DNA of 62,693 nt, the filler included, from Nitrospinota bacterium (GTDB lineage Bacteria; JAUXIQ01), in the NCBI GenBank assembly GCA_030620925.1. It is 13 parts of 13 records of this genome, joined end to end, with 100 filler letters (N's around TTAATTAATTAA, not from the genome) between each part and the next. Parts side by side here need not be neighbours in the genome. Positions count along the whole stretch, not along the records: positions 27,406 to 30,144 come from JAUXIQ010000413.1; positions 30,245 to 36,600 come from JAUXIQ010000122.1; positions 36,701 to 41,343 come from JAUXIQ010000211.1; 10 more parts are not named here. The stretch is one strand, 5' to 3'. The translations under genes were made by a program, and so were the position numbers. Shown piece after piece: positions 27,483 through 38,366 of the stretch. Every line of letters begins with the position of its first letter. The stretch's first letter is position 1. The notes beneath the pieces were generated by a model, which ran no database searches, was not told the origin of the DNA, and saw only the letters and a list, made by a program, of their open reading frames with translations.

Positions 27483-28046
27483 TCAGGAAACTAACTCCCA
27501 ACCTTTACGCAGCGCACCGGCGTTCAGCTCCATGAACTTCTCCTTCCCGTCCTGGCGCAGCTTCTCGGACAGACCCTGAAGCACGGTCTCCATGGGCAGT
27601 ACCTCCTCCGCCTTCAGATAGACGCCGAGGAGGACGAAATTAGCCGCCTGCTCCGAACCGAGCTCACGGGCCATCTCGGTGGCCGGCACCTCCAGCACCC
27701 GTATGTCATCCCGCTTCACCTCTTCCTTAATTATGGAGGCATCCATGATAAGGGCGCTCCCGGGGGCCATCTTTTCGACGTATAGGTCGAACGAATATTG
27801 GTCCATGACAACCGCGGCGGCGGGATTATCGACTATGGGCGAGCTTATCTCCTCCTGAGAAAAGACCACCGTGCATTCAGTAGGGCTGCCGCGCATGAAA
27901 GGGGACAGGACGGGGAACCAGGTGACATGCCGGTAATGGGGCATGAGCAATTCGGCCAAAAGCTTCCCGATCAACTGGGCACCCTGCCCTCCCATGCCTG
28001 CGATGACGACTTCTGAACCTTCGGTTGCTGCGGCCACGACCCTCAC
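27483..28046 (-). CDS. 2-oxoacid:ferredoxin oxidoreductase gamma subunit
   Basis: IAGMGGQG, MRG, ISSPIV and ANFVLLG motifs. Confidence 0.92.
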   Translation of the reverse strand: MRVVAAATEGSEVVIAGMGGQGAQLIGKLLAELLMPHYRHVTWFPVLSPFMRGSPTECTVVFSQEEISSPIVDNPAAAVVMDQYSFDLYVEKMAPGSALIMDASIIKEEVKRDDIRVLEVPATEMARELGSEQAANFVLLGVYLKAEEVLPMETVLQGLSEKLRQDGKEKFMELNAGALRKGWELVS

Positions 28047-28825
28047 TCCTCAGTCTCAAATACGTCGTCCACGTCCTTGAACTCACCCAGCGAATACTCC
28101 CGGAGCACTGTCTCCTCTATGTGTTTGTTGCAGTCCACAGGGGACATCTTCCAACCGGGCGGGCAGGCGGAAATTATCTCCAGCAGGCTATAGCCGACGT
28201 TATTCACCTGCTTCTGAAAGGCTTTCTTCATATATTTCCTGGTCTGAGCGAAGGCGGCGGGGGTGTGCACTGAGCTCCTGGCGGTATAGGCCACCCCCTT
28301 CATGGTGGCCATCATTTCGGGGACGTGGACGGGGAAGCCGAAGGTCTCGTAGTTGCGCCCGTCGGGTGTGGTGGTGGTATACTGGCCGAGTATGGTGGTG
28401 GGAGCGAGCTGTCCGCCGGTGGTGCCGTAGGTACCGTTGTTGAGGAAGATGGTGGTCAGCTTCTCGAAGCGGTTGGCGGCGTTGATGAGTTCCCCCATTC
28501 CGATGGCCGCCAGGTCACCATCCCCCTGTATGGTGAACACGATGTTCTCGCCGAAGCGGGCGTGTTTCAAGCCCGTAGCAACGTCCGGAGCCCGGCCGTG
28601 CAGCGCGGCTATCATATCCATCTTATAGAAAATAAAAGACGGGTAGCTGCATCCCACCGAGGTGACGCCGATCGCCTCATCCTCTATACCCATTTCTTCT
28701 ATGGTCTCCAGGATGAGGCGCAGTATTATCCCGTAGTGGCAGCCGGAACACCAGTGTGTAGGCTCGCCGGTCCACAGCTCTGGCGCTGAAAGCACCTTCT
28801 TTCTACCCGTCGCCTCATTGCTCAT
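28043..28825 (-). CDS. 2-oxoacid:ferredoxin oxidoreductase beta (TPP-binding) subunit
   Basis: WCSGC, HGRA..VATG, QGDGDLAAIG, NNGTYGTTGGQ and SACP motifs. Confidence 0.95.
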   Translation of the reverse strand: MSNEATGRKKVLSAPELWTGEPTHWCSGCHYGIILRLILETIEEMGIEDEAIGVTSVGCSYPSFIFYKMDMIAALHGRAPDVATGLKHARFGENIVFTIQGDGDLAAIGMGELINAANRFEKLTTIFLNNGTYGTTGGQLAPTTILGQYTTTTPDGRNYETFGFPVHVPEMMATMKGVAYTARSSVHTPAAFAQTRKYMKKAFQKQVNNVGYSLLEIISACPPGWKMSPVDCNKHIEETVLREYSLGEFKDVDDVFETEE

Positions 28826-29888
28826 AATATTTCACGGCCTCCTGGTACACGGCCCCCGGGTATATCATACCGCCAGAACCCGGAAGGTGTCGGAATTGGC
28901 ACCCCACCAGGCGCACCTCCGCCTCCCTGGCCACCGCGAACCTGACGTCATCTATAAGCTGGCCCATGCTGTCTTCCACCACCAGGAACTTTTTCACCTT
29001 CCGGGCCTTCTCCTCGATGATGCGGTAAGGGAAGGGCCAGAGGCTTATGGGCCTGATCAGCCCCATCTTCATCCCTTCGCTCCGGGCGAGCTCCATGGCT
29101 TTCCGGGCTACTCGCGCAGAGGCTCCGTAAGCGACCATGAGGAAATCGGCGTCCTCATCCATGAACGTCTGGCAGCGCACTTCCTCTTCTTCGGCGCGGC
29201 GATAACGCTCCTCGTTGCGGGCGATCCAATCCTTGAAATTTTCCCCCAGCCATTGCCAGATATAGTTAAAATTCCCCCCTTTATTTCCTTTTCCTTTAAG
29301 CGCCCAGTCCTTTTCCGGCAGCGAACCGAAATCGTATTCCTTCAGCTCCAGGGGCTCGGCCATCTGGCCCACTATGGCGTCCATGAGGAGAATGACGATC
29401 ATGCGGTGTTTATCGGCCAGATGGAAGGCCAGTTGCACCAGGTCGTACACCTCCTGCACCGATGCAGGGGCCAGCACGATGTTCCGGTAATCCCCGTTCC
29501 CGCCGCCTCTGGTGGTTTGGTAGTAGTCCTGCTGGGAGGTCTGTGTGGTGCCCAAGCCGGGCCCGCCTCGCATGACGTTCACCAACACGCAGGGAATCTC
29601 CGCGGAGGCGATGCCCGAGATGCCCTCCTGCATGAGGCTGAACCCGGGGCTTGAGGTGGTGGTGATGGCCCGCACGCCGGAAGCCGCGGCGCCGAAAAGC
29701 ATGTTGATGGAGGCGAGCTCGCTCTCCGACTGTACGTAGATGCCGCCGACCTTCGGGAGCTCGCGCGCAAAAAATTCAGGGACGTCGTTCTGGGGTGTGA
29801 TGGGGTAGCCGAAAAAATGTCTCACTCCGGCCTTAATGGCCCCCCGGCCTATCGCCTCGTTGCCGGTACAGAACATTCTTTCGGCCAT
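28815..29888 (-). CDS. 2-oxoacid:ferredoxin oxidoreductase alpha subunit (VorB-like)
   Basis: GNEA, FGYPITPQ, QSESE, TTSSPGFSLMQE and MRGGPGLG motifs. Confidence 0.95.
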   Translation of the reverse strand: MAERMFCTGNEAIGRGAIKAGVRHFFGYPITPQNDVPEFFARELPKVGGIYVQSESELASINMLFGAAASGVRAITTTSSPGFSLMQEGISGIASAEIPCVLVNVMRGGPGLGTTQTSQQDYYQTTRGGGNGDYRNIVLAPASVQEVYDLVQLAFHLADKHRMIVILLMDAIVGQMAEPLELKEYDFGSLPEKDWALKGKGNKGGNFNYIWQWLGENFKDWIARNEERYRRAEEEEVRCQTFMDEDADFLMVAYGASARVARKAMELARSEGMKMGLIRPISLWPFPYRIIEEKARKVKKFLVVEDSMGQLIDDVRFAVAREAEVRLVGCQFRHLPGSGGMIYPGAVYQEAVKYYEQ

Positions 29889-30010
29889 TTCTCCGCCTTT
29901 ATCGTGTAGTCTATCTGAGAATTTTCAGGGCCGCCGATCCTAACAGCGCCGTAATTATTTGTGCTTTGCGCAAAACCAGCGGGTCGTCAACGGGAAAATT
30001 TCACCGGCTC

Positions 30011-30144
30011 TCACGTAGCGGCCTTCTGATAACGATATACCTCTATGGCGAAATCCGGGCAGAGCTGCCCGCAAATAGCGCAGCCGTTGCATTTATCCGG
30101 CTCGGCAAAATCAGGGATGAAATACCCCTTGGAATTGAACTTAT
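30011..30144 (-). CDS. Ferredoxin-type delta subunit, C-terminal fragment (absent from the ORF track)
   Basis: KFNSKGYFIPDFAEPDKCNGCAICGQLCPDFAIEVYR, directly upstream of alpha. Confidence 0.9.
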
Positions 30145-30244
30145 NNNNNNNNNNNNNNNNNNNNNNNNNNNNNNNNNNNNNNNNNNNNTTAATTAATTAA
30201 NNNNNNNNNNNNNNNNNNNNNNNNNNNNNNNNNNNNNNNNNNNN

Positions 30245-31482
30245 GCTGCCGCTTCCGGATACAGCTTCATGCGCCCGCCCAGGAAATAGTCGGGGTTAAG
30301 GTATTCAAGTATCAGAGATGCGTCGGTTACCGTCGGCTCCTTGCCACCGAACCCGTAACATGAGGGGCCCGGGTTCGCCCCGGCGCTGTCCGGCCCCACG
30401 TTTATGAGCCCCAGCTCGTTTAAGCGCGCTATGCTCCCGCCGCCGGCTCCTATTTCTATCATGTCAACCACGGGGAGCCGTACGGGCAGGCCGCTCCCTT
30501 TCTTGAAGCGGTTGGCGCGGGCTACCTCGTAATTGTTGGCTATGCTCAGCTTGCCGTCTTTCACCAGACAGCTTTTCGCCGTGGTGCCCCCCATGTCGAA
30601 GGACAACACGTCTGTGACGCCCAGCAGTTTGCCGTAGTAGGCCGACGCCAATGCTCCGGCCACGGGGCCGGACTCCAGGACGCGCCCGGGATAGGCCGCC
30701 GCCGTGTCCTTGGCCAGCACGCCTCCGTTGCTGGCCATCACGTACCAGACGTCCCGGAAGGACTGTTCCCGCAGTCGCTCATCGAGCCGGTGGATGTAGC
30801 GATGGGCCAGCGGCTGCACGTAAGCGTTGATGGCGGCGATGGAGGTGCGTTCGTATTCCCGCCACTCGGCGAAGAGGTCTGACGAGAGGGTGACGTGAAG
30901 CTGGGGGGCCTCCTGGCCGATTATATCGCCGATCTCCTGCTCGTGGTCGGAGTTGACGCAAGAATGGAGGAGGCAGACGGCAATGGCCTCGACGTCCAGC
31001 TCTTTTAATTCCCGAACGATCTTTATGACCTCCTCCCGGTCGAGGGCCTTCAGGACGGAACCGTCGTAGGCCACCCTTTCAGAGACTTCCTTCCTCAGGT
31101 AGCGGGGCACCAGGGGCTCGGGGAAGAGGAGGTTCATGTCGTATACGTCGTAGCGGAACTCACGGCGGAACTCCAACAGGTCGCGAAATCCACCGGTGGT
31201 TATAAGCCCCATCCTGGCACCCTTGCGTTCAATGATGGCGTTGATGATGAGGGTTGTGCCGTGGACGGCGTTATGGACCCCTTCCATGCCTATGCCGAAA
31301 TCTTTTTTAATCTGGTTGAGTCCGATCACCACGCCCTGTGAAGGGTCTTCCGGCGTAGTGAGACATTTGGCTACCTTCATGCTTCCGTCTTCCTGATCGA
31401 AGATAACGAAATCGGTGAAGGTGCCTCCGATGTCAAACCCCAGCCTGTACCTTTTACCGCTCCCGGTTTCCGCTGACAACAT
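30245..31482 (-). CDS. Hydantoinase A/5-oxoprolinase family protein (C-truncated)
   Basis: DIGGTFTD, HGTT..NA, REYERTS, ESGP.AG, DMGGTT, IGAGGGSIA, GPDSAGA.PGP and PTVTDA motifs. Confidence 0.95.
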
Positions 31483-31495
31483 TCTTCTCCGTTTT

Positions 31496-32524
31496 TTAAG
31501 GAGTGAGTACAATTTTACCGAACTGTTTTCTATCGATCATGGTGCGCTGCGCTTCCGCAGCCTCCTTGAGAGGAAATACGGCGTGAACCACGGGCCTTAT
31601 CCTTCCCTCCTTGAAAAATTTTAACGCCTCCAGCAGCTCTCCCTTTTCACCCATGTATGAGCCATGAACGGATATATGTTTCCCGAAAAGATACCACAGG
31701 TCGGTCTGCACCGCGGAGCCGCTGGTGGCGCCGCAAATGACCAGCCTCCCGTTTCTGCTCAGGCAATTGAGGCTCTGCGTCCAGGTATCGGCCCCGATGT
31801 GTTCGATAACCACTTCCACGCCCTTTTTCCCCGTGAGCCTCCGCACCTCCTGAAGGACGTCCTGCTTATTGTAGTTGATCGCCTCGTCCGCCCCCAGTTT
31901 TTGGGCTTTTTCCATCTTTTCCTCGGTGCCGGCGGTGGTGATCACCCTGGCCCCGAAAAGTTTGGCTATTTGTATGGCCGCATGTCCGACCCCGCTTCCC
32001 GCTGCCATCACCAGCACGTCCTCTCCAGGCTTCACGGCCGCCCTGCCCACCAGCATGTGCCAGGCGGTGAGGAACACCAGGGGAAACGCCGCCGCTTCTT
32101 CGCAGCCCATGTCTTCAGGTATGGGGACTACGTTGGTTTCGGGAACCTTCACCAATTCGGCATATCCCCCGTCGGAGATGAGGCCCAGTATATCGTATTT
32201 CAGGCACTGGTTATCTTTGCCGGAAAGGCATTGAGAGCATTTCCCGCAGCCGATTCCCGGAGCGAGGAGGACCCGCTGGCCGGGAGTAACGCCGGTGACC
32301 AGCCTTCCCGTCTCCTCCACCCGGCCTGAAACGTCGGCCCCCGATATGTGGGGTAGCGGGACGGACAGGTTGGGGAGTCCCCCGCGCACCCAGATGTCCA
32401 TGTGATTCAAGGCACAGGCTTCAACCCGCACCAGCACTTCATTCTCTTCAATCTGAGGATCAGGCGCATCCTCGTAGACCAGTTTGTCGAGGGCGCCATG
32501 TTCATGAAATCTGACCGCTTTCAT
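31496..32524 (-). CDS. Zinc-binding dehydrogenase/quinone oxidoreductase (MDR family)
   Basis: LNHMD, structural Zn site CGKCSQCLSG...C, AAGSGVG and FGKIVL motifs. Confidence 0.92.
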   Translation of the reverse strand: MKAVRFHEHGALDKLVYEDAPDPQIEENEVLVRVEACALNHMDIWVRGGLPNLSVPLPHISGADVSGRVEETGRLVTGVTPGQRVLLAPGIGCGKCSQCLSGKDNQCLKYDILGLISDGGYAELVKVPETNVVPIPEDMGCEEAAAFPLVFLTAWHMLVGRAAVKPGEDVLVMAAGSGVGHAAIQIAKLFGARVITTAGTEEKMEKAQKLGADEAINYNKQDVLQEVRRLTGKKGVEVVIEHIGADTWTQSLNCLSRNGRLVICGATSGSAVQTDLWYLFGKHISVHGSYMGEKGELLEALKFFKEGRIRPVVHAVFPLKEAAEAQRTMIDRKQFGKIVLTP

Positions 32525-32563
32525 CTATACCTTCCTTCACACCGTTATCGGCTGAACGATCCA

Positions 32564-34474
32564 TCAACCCTTGCTCCTCAGCACTCTCACGTCCCCTTTG
32601 CGAAAGGTGACCCTCTTGTTGTCGAAGTGCTCCAGCAGGGGGATGGCGTATTTGCGGGAAATATCCAGCAGGTCCCTGAACTGTGCGGCGGTGATTTCGC
32701 CATTCTGTTTTATGAATTCTATCAGTATCTCTTCGGCGCTGCTCAGGCTATCCCTGTGGAAGACTATTTTGTCCTTGACCCTGGCCACCACCCCTTCACT
32801 TATGAGAACCTGCAGCATCTCCCTACCCACCTGCTCGGAGATGGATAGACGGCTGAAGGCTTCTTGAGGAGACGGCGGTTGAAACCTGGAAGTCAGGAAT
32901 TCCTGCTCCAGTCGATGTTTGATCTCGGCCTGTTCTTCCTGGAGCTCCACCTTATGGGAGGCCGAGCGCACCAGGTCTTTTTCGACTACTACCTTCTTCC
33001 CATTTTCAAGATGCTCTATGCACCTGATGAACGCCCTCTCCGCAACCGGGGCCACTTTACTGCGCAGTTCTTCTCTGCTCATGCCCTTTTTGAGGGGGTT
33101 CGCCACATGGAAAGACGTAAGCTGTTCTTCAATGCTGCGGCCCATTTCCTCGAACAGTTGCCGGTGCATCACATGCACCTTATCTTCATCTATGACCACT
33201 GCGTCGCCTTTTTTCGAGAGGTCGTTTATAAGGCCCAGTAAGTCTTCCCGCGAGAGGTCGAATCTTGGGAAAAGCTCCTCCAGGCCGAGCCCTGATGACC
33301 CGGCATCCAGGAGCAGCTCCTCGAGCACCTCCCGGTGGGAGCTACTCTCCAGAATCTGGAGATGGTCTAATATTTCCTTTCGGTGCCGCCGATGTCTGGC
33401 GGTTTTTACATCCAGTATCTGTCCTCCGCCGATGGTAATGACCGGTGAGTAGCTACGAATTACGAAGCGGTCCCCGGGGAGGGCGCAGACAGGTTTTTCC
33501 AGGTAAAGCTGGATATACGCCTCGTCCCCCGGCTCAAGGTAATCTCTTTCCAGCAAGAGCACGCGGGCCATTATTTCAGCCGTACCATGATGGAACCGTA
33601 CTCTCCCCCTGTGCTTGATGGGATGAGCCGCCGAACCCAGGAGGGTCATCCTGGCATCGAGGAGTGTGGTGGGATGAAGCCTCTCGGGCAGAGAGATAAC
33701 GTCGCCTCGAATGATAGAGTTCTTGTCCGTGCCCGATAGATTGAGCGCCGTCCGCTGGCCCGCAGTAGCCTGAGACACTTTCTGGTTGTGAACCTGAACG
33801 CTGCGGATGCGTGTGCTCAGGTTATGGGGGAAAATTTCCACCTGGTCTTCGACGTTCACCGTCCCCGAGGTGAGCGTGCCGGTAATCACCGTTCCGAAAC
33901 CCTTCATGGTGAACACCCTGTCGATGGGCATCCTGAAGGGGGTGGAGATGTTCTTCGCCTCTATTTCTCCTGCCAGACGCGCCAGGTGGGTTTTAAGCTC
34001 CGGGATACCCTGGCCGGTTTTGGAGGAGGTCGTCAACAGAGTGCAGCTCTCGAGGAAGGTGCCCTTCATAAAATCCCTGACATCCTCTTCCACCATGGCC
34101 AGCCATTCCTCGTCCACCAGGTCCGTTTTGGTAATCACCGCCAGGCCGCTTTTGATCTGCAATAGCTGGCAGATGGCCATATGTTCCCTGGTCTGGGGCA
34201 TCACACCTTCATCGGCGGCCACTATCAGCGCCACCAGGTCTATGCCGCCCACACCGGCCAGCATGTTCTTAACGAAGCGCTCGTGCCCCGGCACGTCCAC
34301 TATGCCGATGCTGACGTCCTCTTCCAAATCCAGGTGGGCGAACCCCAGGTCTATGGTGATGCCGCGCTCCTTTTCCTCCTTGAGCCTGTCGGTATCTATG
34401 CCGGTGAGGGCTTTTATCAGCTCGGTTTTACCGTGATCGATATGCCCGGCGGTCCCCAGAATGACCCTTTTCAT
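32564..34474 (-). CDS. selB: Selenocysteine-specific elongation factor
   Basis: [28 protein letters not shown], and a winged-helix C-terminus [13 protein letters not shown]. Confidence 0.97.
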   Translation of the reverse strand: MKRVILGTAGHIDHGKTELIKALTGIDTDRLKEEKERGITIDLGFAHLDLEEDVSIGIVDVPGHERFVKNMLAGVGGIDLVALIVAADEGVMPQTREHMAICQLLQIKSGLAVITKTDLVDEEWLAMVEEDVRDFMKGTFLESCTLLTTSSKTGQGIPELKTHLARLAGEIEAKNISTPFRMPIDRVFTMKGFGTVITGTLTSGTVNVEDQVEIFPHNLSTRIRSVQVHNQKVSQATAGQRTALNLSGTDKNSIIRGDVISLPERLHPTTLLDARMTLLGSAAHPIKHRGRVRFHHGTAEIMARVLLLERDYLEPGDEAYIQLYLEKPVCALPGDRFVIRSYSPVITIGGGQILDVKTARHRRHRKEILDHLQILESSSHREVLEELLLDAGSSGLGLEELFPRFDLSREDLLGLINDLSKKGDAVVIDEDKVHVMHRQLFEEMGRSIEEQLTSFHVANPLKKGMSREELRSKVAPVAERAFIRCIEHLENGKKVVVEKDLVRSASHKVELQEEQAEIKHRLEQEFLTSRFQPPSPQEAFSRLSISEQVGREMLQVLISEGVVARVKDKIVFHRDSLSSAEEILIEFIKQNGEITAAQFRDLLDISRKYAIPLLEHFDNKRVTFRKGDVRVLRSKG

Positions 34475-34504
34475 GATGATACCAGCGATAGTTTCATGTG
34501 TTTT

Positions 34505-35944
34505 CTAGCGCAGCTCCTCAGCTAATTGTTTTACAGCGGTGGCGATCTCTTGCAGTTCGTCTTCCTGAACGGTGCGCATGTCCAGAAGGAACCTATCCTG
34601 GCTTATGCGGCCCAGGATGGGGATTTTAGCTTTTCGCAGTCGTTCGTCTATCTCTTCGGGGCTCAACGCGGTAGAGGTCAGCGCGGCGACGGCGGTGGGG
34701 AACTCCACTGCAGGAAGTGAGCCGCCTCCCGCCTGGGTGACGTCGCGAGATACGCTCACGCTCAGCTTTTCACCCATACAGTCTTTCATCATAACCGCCA
34801 GCGCCAAAGCTTTGCGCTCCTGTTCTTCCACGGGCCGGGAGAGCATTTCCATGGTGGGTATTCGCATCAATGCCTCACCTCCCTCTAGATATAGATGCAG
34901 CGTGGCTTCCAGGGCGGCAATGGTAAACTTATCCACCCGCAGGGCTCGCGCAAGTGGGTTGGCGGCTAACTGGCTGACGCAGGCGGCTTTCCCCAGGATG
35001 ATTCCCGCCTGGGGACCGCCCAGGAGTTTGTCGCCGCTGAAGGTGATGAGGTCGATACCCGTCTTGATCTTATCCTGAACCGTGGGCTCGGGGATGATCA
35101 TATCCCCCGCTGAAGGAGTCAGGTTGCCGCTTCCCAGGTCTTCCATGACCGGTATCTGGAATTCCCTTCCTAACTCCACCAGCTCTTCCAGGGTCACTTC
35201 GGTGGTGAACCCCACTATCCTGTAGTTGCTGGTATGGACCTTGAGCAGGAGGGCGGTGTTATCGGTGACGGCGGATGCGTAATCCTTGAGGTGCGTTCGG
35301 TTGGTGGTGCCCACCTCCTTGAGTTGCGCACCGCTCTTGCTCATTATATCCGGAATCCTGAAGGAGCCGCCGATTTCTATCAGCTCGCCCCGTGAGACGA
35401 TGACTTCTTTGTCTTTGGCCAGGGTATCCAGGGCCAGGAGAACGGCTGCGGCGTTGTTGTTCACCACCAGGGCCGCTTCGGCGCCTGTGAGTCGGGTTAA
35501 TATATCCTCCAGGTGGCTGTGGCGGGAGCCTCTTTGACCGGCTTCCAGGTCGTATTCCAGGTTGGAATATGCGCCGCCCACGGCGAGGACGTTGCGCAGC
35601 ACCTCCTGCCCCAGAACGGCGCGGCCTAAATTGGTGTGCAGTATGATGCCAGTGGCGTTGATTACTCTCTTGAGGCTGAACCTCTGCGAGCTGCGCAGCT
35701 TCTCCCCCACCTCCAGGGCCACCTTTTCCGCCGTAAGTCCTTCGGACGCCGGATTTGCGCCTGCGTCTCCGGCGAGTATCTCTTTCCGTTTGGCATCCAG
35801 GGTATCCCGCACGCAGTCCAGAACGAACCAGCGCGGGAAATCTTTCATGAGCGCCTCCATGTCCTCTACCTGGATCACGGCGTCAACCGAGGGAAGCGTT
35901 CGCAACAGTTCCTGTTTTTTTTCATCCGTCATTATGTTATCCAC
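34505..35944 (-). CDS. selA: L-seryl-tRNA(Sec) selenium transferase
   Basis: VINATGIILHTNLGRA, YSNLEYDL, VNNNAAA, EIGGSFRIP, EVGTTN, KVHTSNY and FSGDKLLGGPQAG motifs. Confidence 0.97.
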   Translation of the reverse strand: MDNIMTDEKKQELLRTLPSVDAVIQVEDMEALMKDFPRWFVLDCVRDTLDAKRKEILAGDAGANPASEGLTAEKVALEVGEKLRSSQRFSLKRVINATGIILHTNLGRAVLGQEVLRNVLAVGGAYSNLEYDLEAGQRGSRHSHLEDILTRLTGAEAALVVNNNAAAVLLALDTLAKDKEVIVSRGELIEIGGSFRIPDIMSKSGAQLKEVGTTNRTHLKDYASAVTDNTALLLKVHTSNYRIVGFTTEVTLEELVELGREFQIPVMEDLGSGNLTPSAGDMIIPEPTVQDKIKTGIDLITFSGDKLLGGPQAGIILGKAACVSQLAANPLARALRVDKFTIAALEATLHLYLEGGEALMRIPTMEMLSRPVEEQERKALALAVMMKDCMGEKLSVSVSRDVTQAGGGSLPAVEFPTAVAALTSTALSPEEIDERLRKAKIPILGRISQDRFLLDMRTVQEDELQEIATAVKQLAEELR

Positions 35945-36160
35945 CGCAGAAATTGTAGAATCGATTTATCTTTCATCGGCTTATTTAACACGCCCTTGTA
36001 TTGCGGGGCTTCCGCTAATTCAATTTAGTTTAAGTTAGGGGAAAGGTCAACGATAAATCCCCTCCCTCACCTGACTGTTGGCGCTTGACAAGGGAGGGGA
36101 ATAAACCTAAACTCCGAACGGCGTCAGAGGCCGCAGGGTATATAATCATCAAGAGGAGAC

Positions 36161-36600
36161 GTGAATATGGCGGGGCCGTTCCAGGACATATTGTACGAGA
36201 AGATCGATAGCGTTGCTAAAGTCACCCTCAACCGACCCGAAAAGTATAACGCTTTAAGTCAGAACCTGCTGCGCGAGCTGCGGGAAGTGTTCGACGAGAT
36301 AAACGATGACGGCGAAGTCCGTGTGGTCATCCTCACCGGAGCCGGGGACAAGGCTTTCAGCACCGGGTTCGACCTGGCCACGGGGGAGACGGTGCCCGAT
36401 GAAGACGAGCAGGGGAAGAGGATCAAGCGCAACTTCGATACCATAATCAGGATATGGAATTTGAGGCAGCCCGTTATCTCCGCGGTGAACGGGTACGCTG
36501 TCGCCGCCGGCTCCAACTTGGCCATGATCTGCGATATCACCATCGCCTCCGAGAACGCCGCCTTCGGCGAGCCGGAGATAAGACATTTCGCGCTATCCCC
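36161..36600 (+). CDS. Enoyl-CoA hydratase/isomerase (C-truncated)
   Basis: LNRPEKYNAL, AFSTGFDL, AVNGYAVAAG and FGEPE motifs. Confidence 0.9.
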
Positions 36601-36700
36601 NNNNNNNNNNNNNNNNNNNNNNNNNNNNNNNNNNNNNNNNNNNNTTAATTAATTAANNNNNNNNNNNNNNNNNNNNNNNNNNNNNNNNNNNNNNNNNNNN

Positions 36701-37249
36701 CATTACATCAACATCGGCCTTTCCAACGGGTGGCTCGATTTCTTCATGCCTTTCATCACCCAGTTGGGCTCCATCTACTTCGTCCTCATTTTCTTACTGG
36801 TTCTTACCCTCGCCAAAAAGTCCAAACTCATGGCCATGACCGGAATCGCATACGGCATAAACGTTATAGCTTTCCAGATGATGAAACATTTGATCGGGAG
36901 GGAGAGACCCTTTGTTACACAAGAGGTCAACCTCAGGGCTCTGAGTCTGTTTACGGATTACACCGGGGTCATTTACGGGGTGAACCTCAGTTTCCCCAGC
37001 GCACATGCGGCATCCGCCTTTTTACTGGCCTCCTTACTGGCCTATTACGCCAAAAGTTACCGGCTGATATTTTACTTTATGGCCGCGGCTGTAGGGGTGA
37101 GCAGAGTATATCTCGGAGTGCACTACCCTTCAGACGTGGTGGCGGGAATTGTCCTGGGCACTGTGATCGCCAGGTTGTGCCTGGGGAGCGATTATCTGCG
37201 CCAGAAGGTGCTGGGGGAGGAGCGGGTACCCGCTGAGCCTCAGCTTTGA
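36701..37249 (+). CDS. PAP2-family membrane phosphatase (N-truncated)
   Basis: K.LIGRERP, SFPSAHA and SRVYLGVHYPSDV motifs. Confidence 0.93.
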   Translation, partial: HYINIGLSNGWLDFFMPFITQLGSIYFVLIFLLVLTLAKKSKLMAMTGIAYGINVIAFQMMKHLIGRERPFVTQEVNLRALSLFTDYTGVIYGVNLSFPSAHAASAFLLASLLAYYAKSYRLIFYFMAAAVGVSRVYLGVHYPSDVVAGIVLGTVIARLCLGSDYLRQKVLGEERVPAEPQL

Positions 37250-37282
37250 CCACCCGACCAATTGCGTGAGCAGGAGCTTATA

Positions 37283-38146
37283 ATGCAGGTATTTCACAAC
37301 GTTCACATGTTGCCCATTCAGGGGCGAGACCCCATGCTCGGCTCCAACGTGTTCATGATGGGAGACGACAAGGAACTGGCGATACTCGATCCCGGTAACG
37401 ATTTCGGTTACACGGTGGATACCGCCATCCACTCGATCATGGCCTACCTGGGCGGCATAGGGAATCCCAGGGTGAAATACGTCATAGTTTCGCACGCCCA
37501 TCCCGATCACCACCTGGGCTGCGTGAAGCTGAGGAAAAATACGAGGGCGAAAATAGTCGCTCATTCCAAAGAGGCGTCCTCGCTGGCCAAGGAGCTCAGG
37601 CGCAGGAAGATAGACGTGGTCGTGGAGGGCGGGAACGTCATAGAAGTGGGCGGTACCAAGCTGAAAGTTGTCCATTCACCCGGCCATACCCCGGGCCACA
37701 TCGGCCTTTACATGCAGAAGCGGGGAATCTTCTTCAGCGGAGACAACGTCGTGGGCCAAGGCACGACCGCCATCGCCCCCCCCGACGGGGACATGCTCAT
37801 CTATCTCAAAAGCCTGAACCTCATCAAGAACCTCAACGCTAAAATAATCTGTCCCGGGCACGGCCCTATCATCACCGACCCGGCAGCGAAGCTCAAAGAG
37901 CTCATCGACCACCGGATGATGCGCGAGGGGCAGGTGCTCAAACAGATTCGTGAAGGAATAACCGACACCAGGGTTATGATGGAGCGCATCTACTTTCCCG
38001 AAAAAATCGACCCCATGTTCTACGATTGGGCGGAGAAGCAGGTCGTCTGTCATCTTCTGAAGCTGGAAAAGGAGGGCCGGGTGGCCCCCTATGAAGAGGG
38101 GGACAAGACGAAGTACCGGCTGGTCCGGCGCAGAAAGAAGAAGTAA
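37283..38146 (+). CDS. MBL-fold metallo-hydrolase (LACTB2-like)
   Basis: SHAHPDH, PGHTPGH, FSGD, PGHG; AGGAG RBS before ATG 37283. Confidence 0.92.
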   Translation: MQVFHNVHMLPIQGRDPMLGSNVFMMGDDKELAILDPGNDFGYTVDTAIHSIMAYLGGIGNPRVKYVIVSHAHPDHHLGCVKLRKNTRAKIVAHSKEASSLAKELRRRKIDVVVEGGNVIEVGGTKLKVVHSPGHTPGHIGLYMQKRGIFFSGDNVVGQGTTAIAPPDGDMLIYLKSLNLIKNLNAKIICPGHGPIITDPAAKLKELIDHRMMREGQVLKQIREGITDTRVMMERIYFPEKIDPMFYDWAEKQVVCHLLKLEKEGRVAPYEEGDKTKYRLVRRRKKK

Positions 38147-38366
38147 AAGAGGTAGGGAAGACCTAACATATACGAGATGCTTGCAGGCGCAATCCCGCTT
38201 CGGGCGGGACGGCGAGTCATTATTTATATTCACCCTCTCCCGACTTCCCTGTACAGACTGGATAGATAGGTTACAAGTGTTCGGGGACATGGGTAACACT
38301 TTTATTGGATTCAGCTCTCATATATATACACGGATAAATTCATATGAGGATAATCGGAATTTCACC

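Noticed and set aside
35945-36160. SECIS-like autoregulatory hairpin upstream of selA
   Set aside because: Only a weak stem and a TCCCCTCCCT/AGGGAGGGGA inverted repeat (36058-36100) are present, which looks like a generic repeat.
38091-38366. Apparent N-terminal extensions on asnS (also gap from 39392, livG from 42943, beta subunit from 50044)
   Set aside because: They come from longest-ORF calling. They overlap upstream genes, and better starts lie at the family N-terminus.
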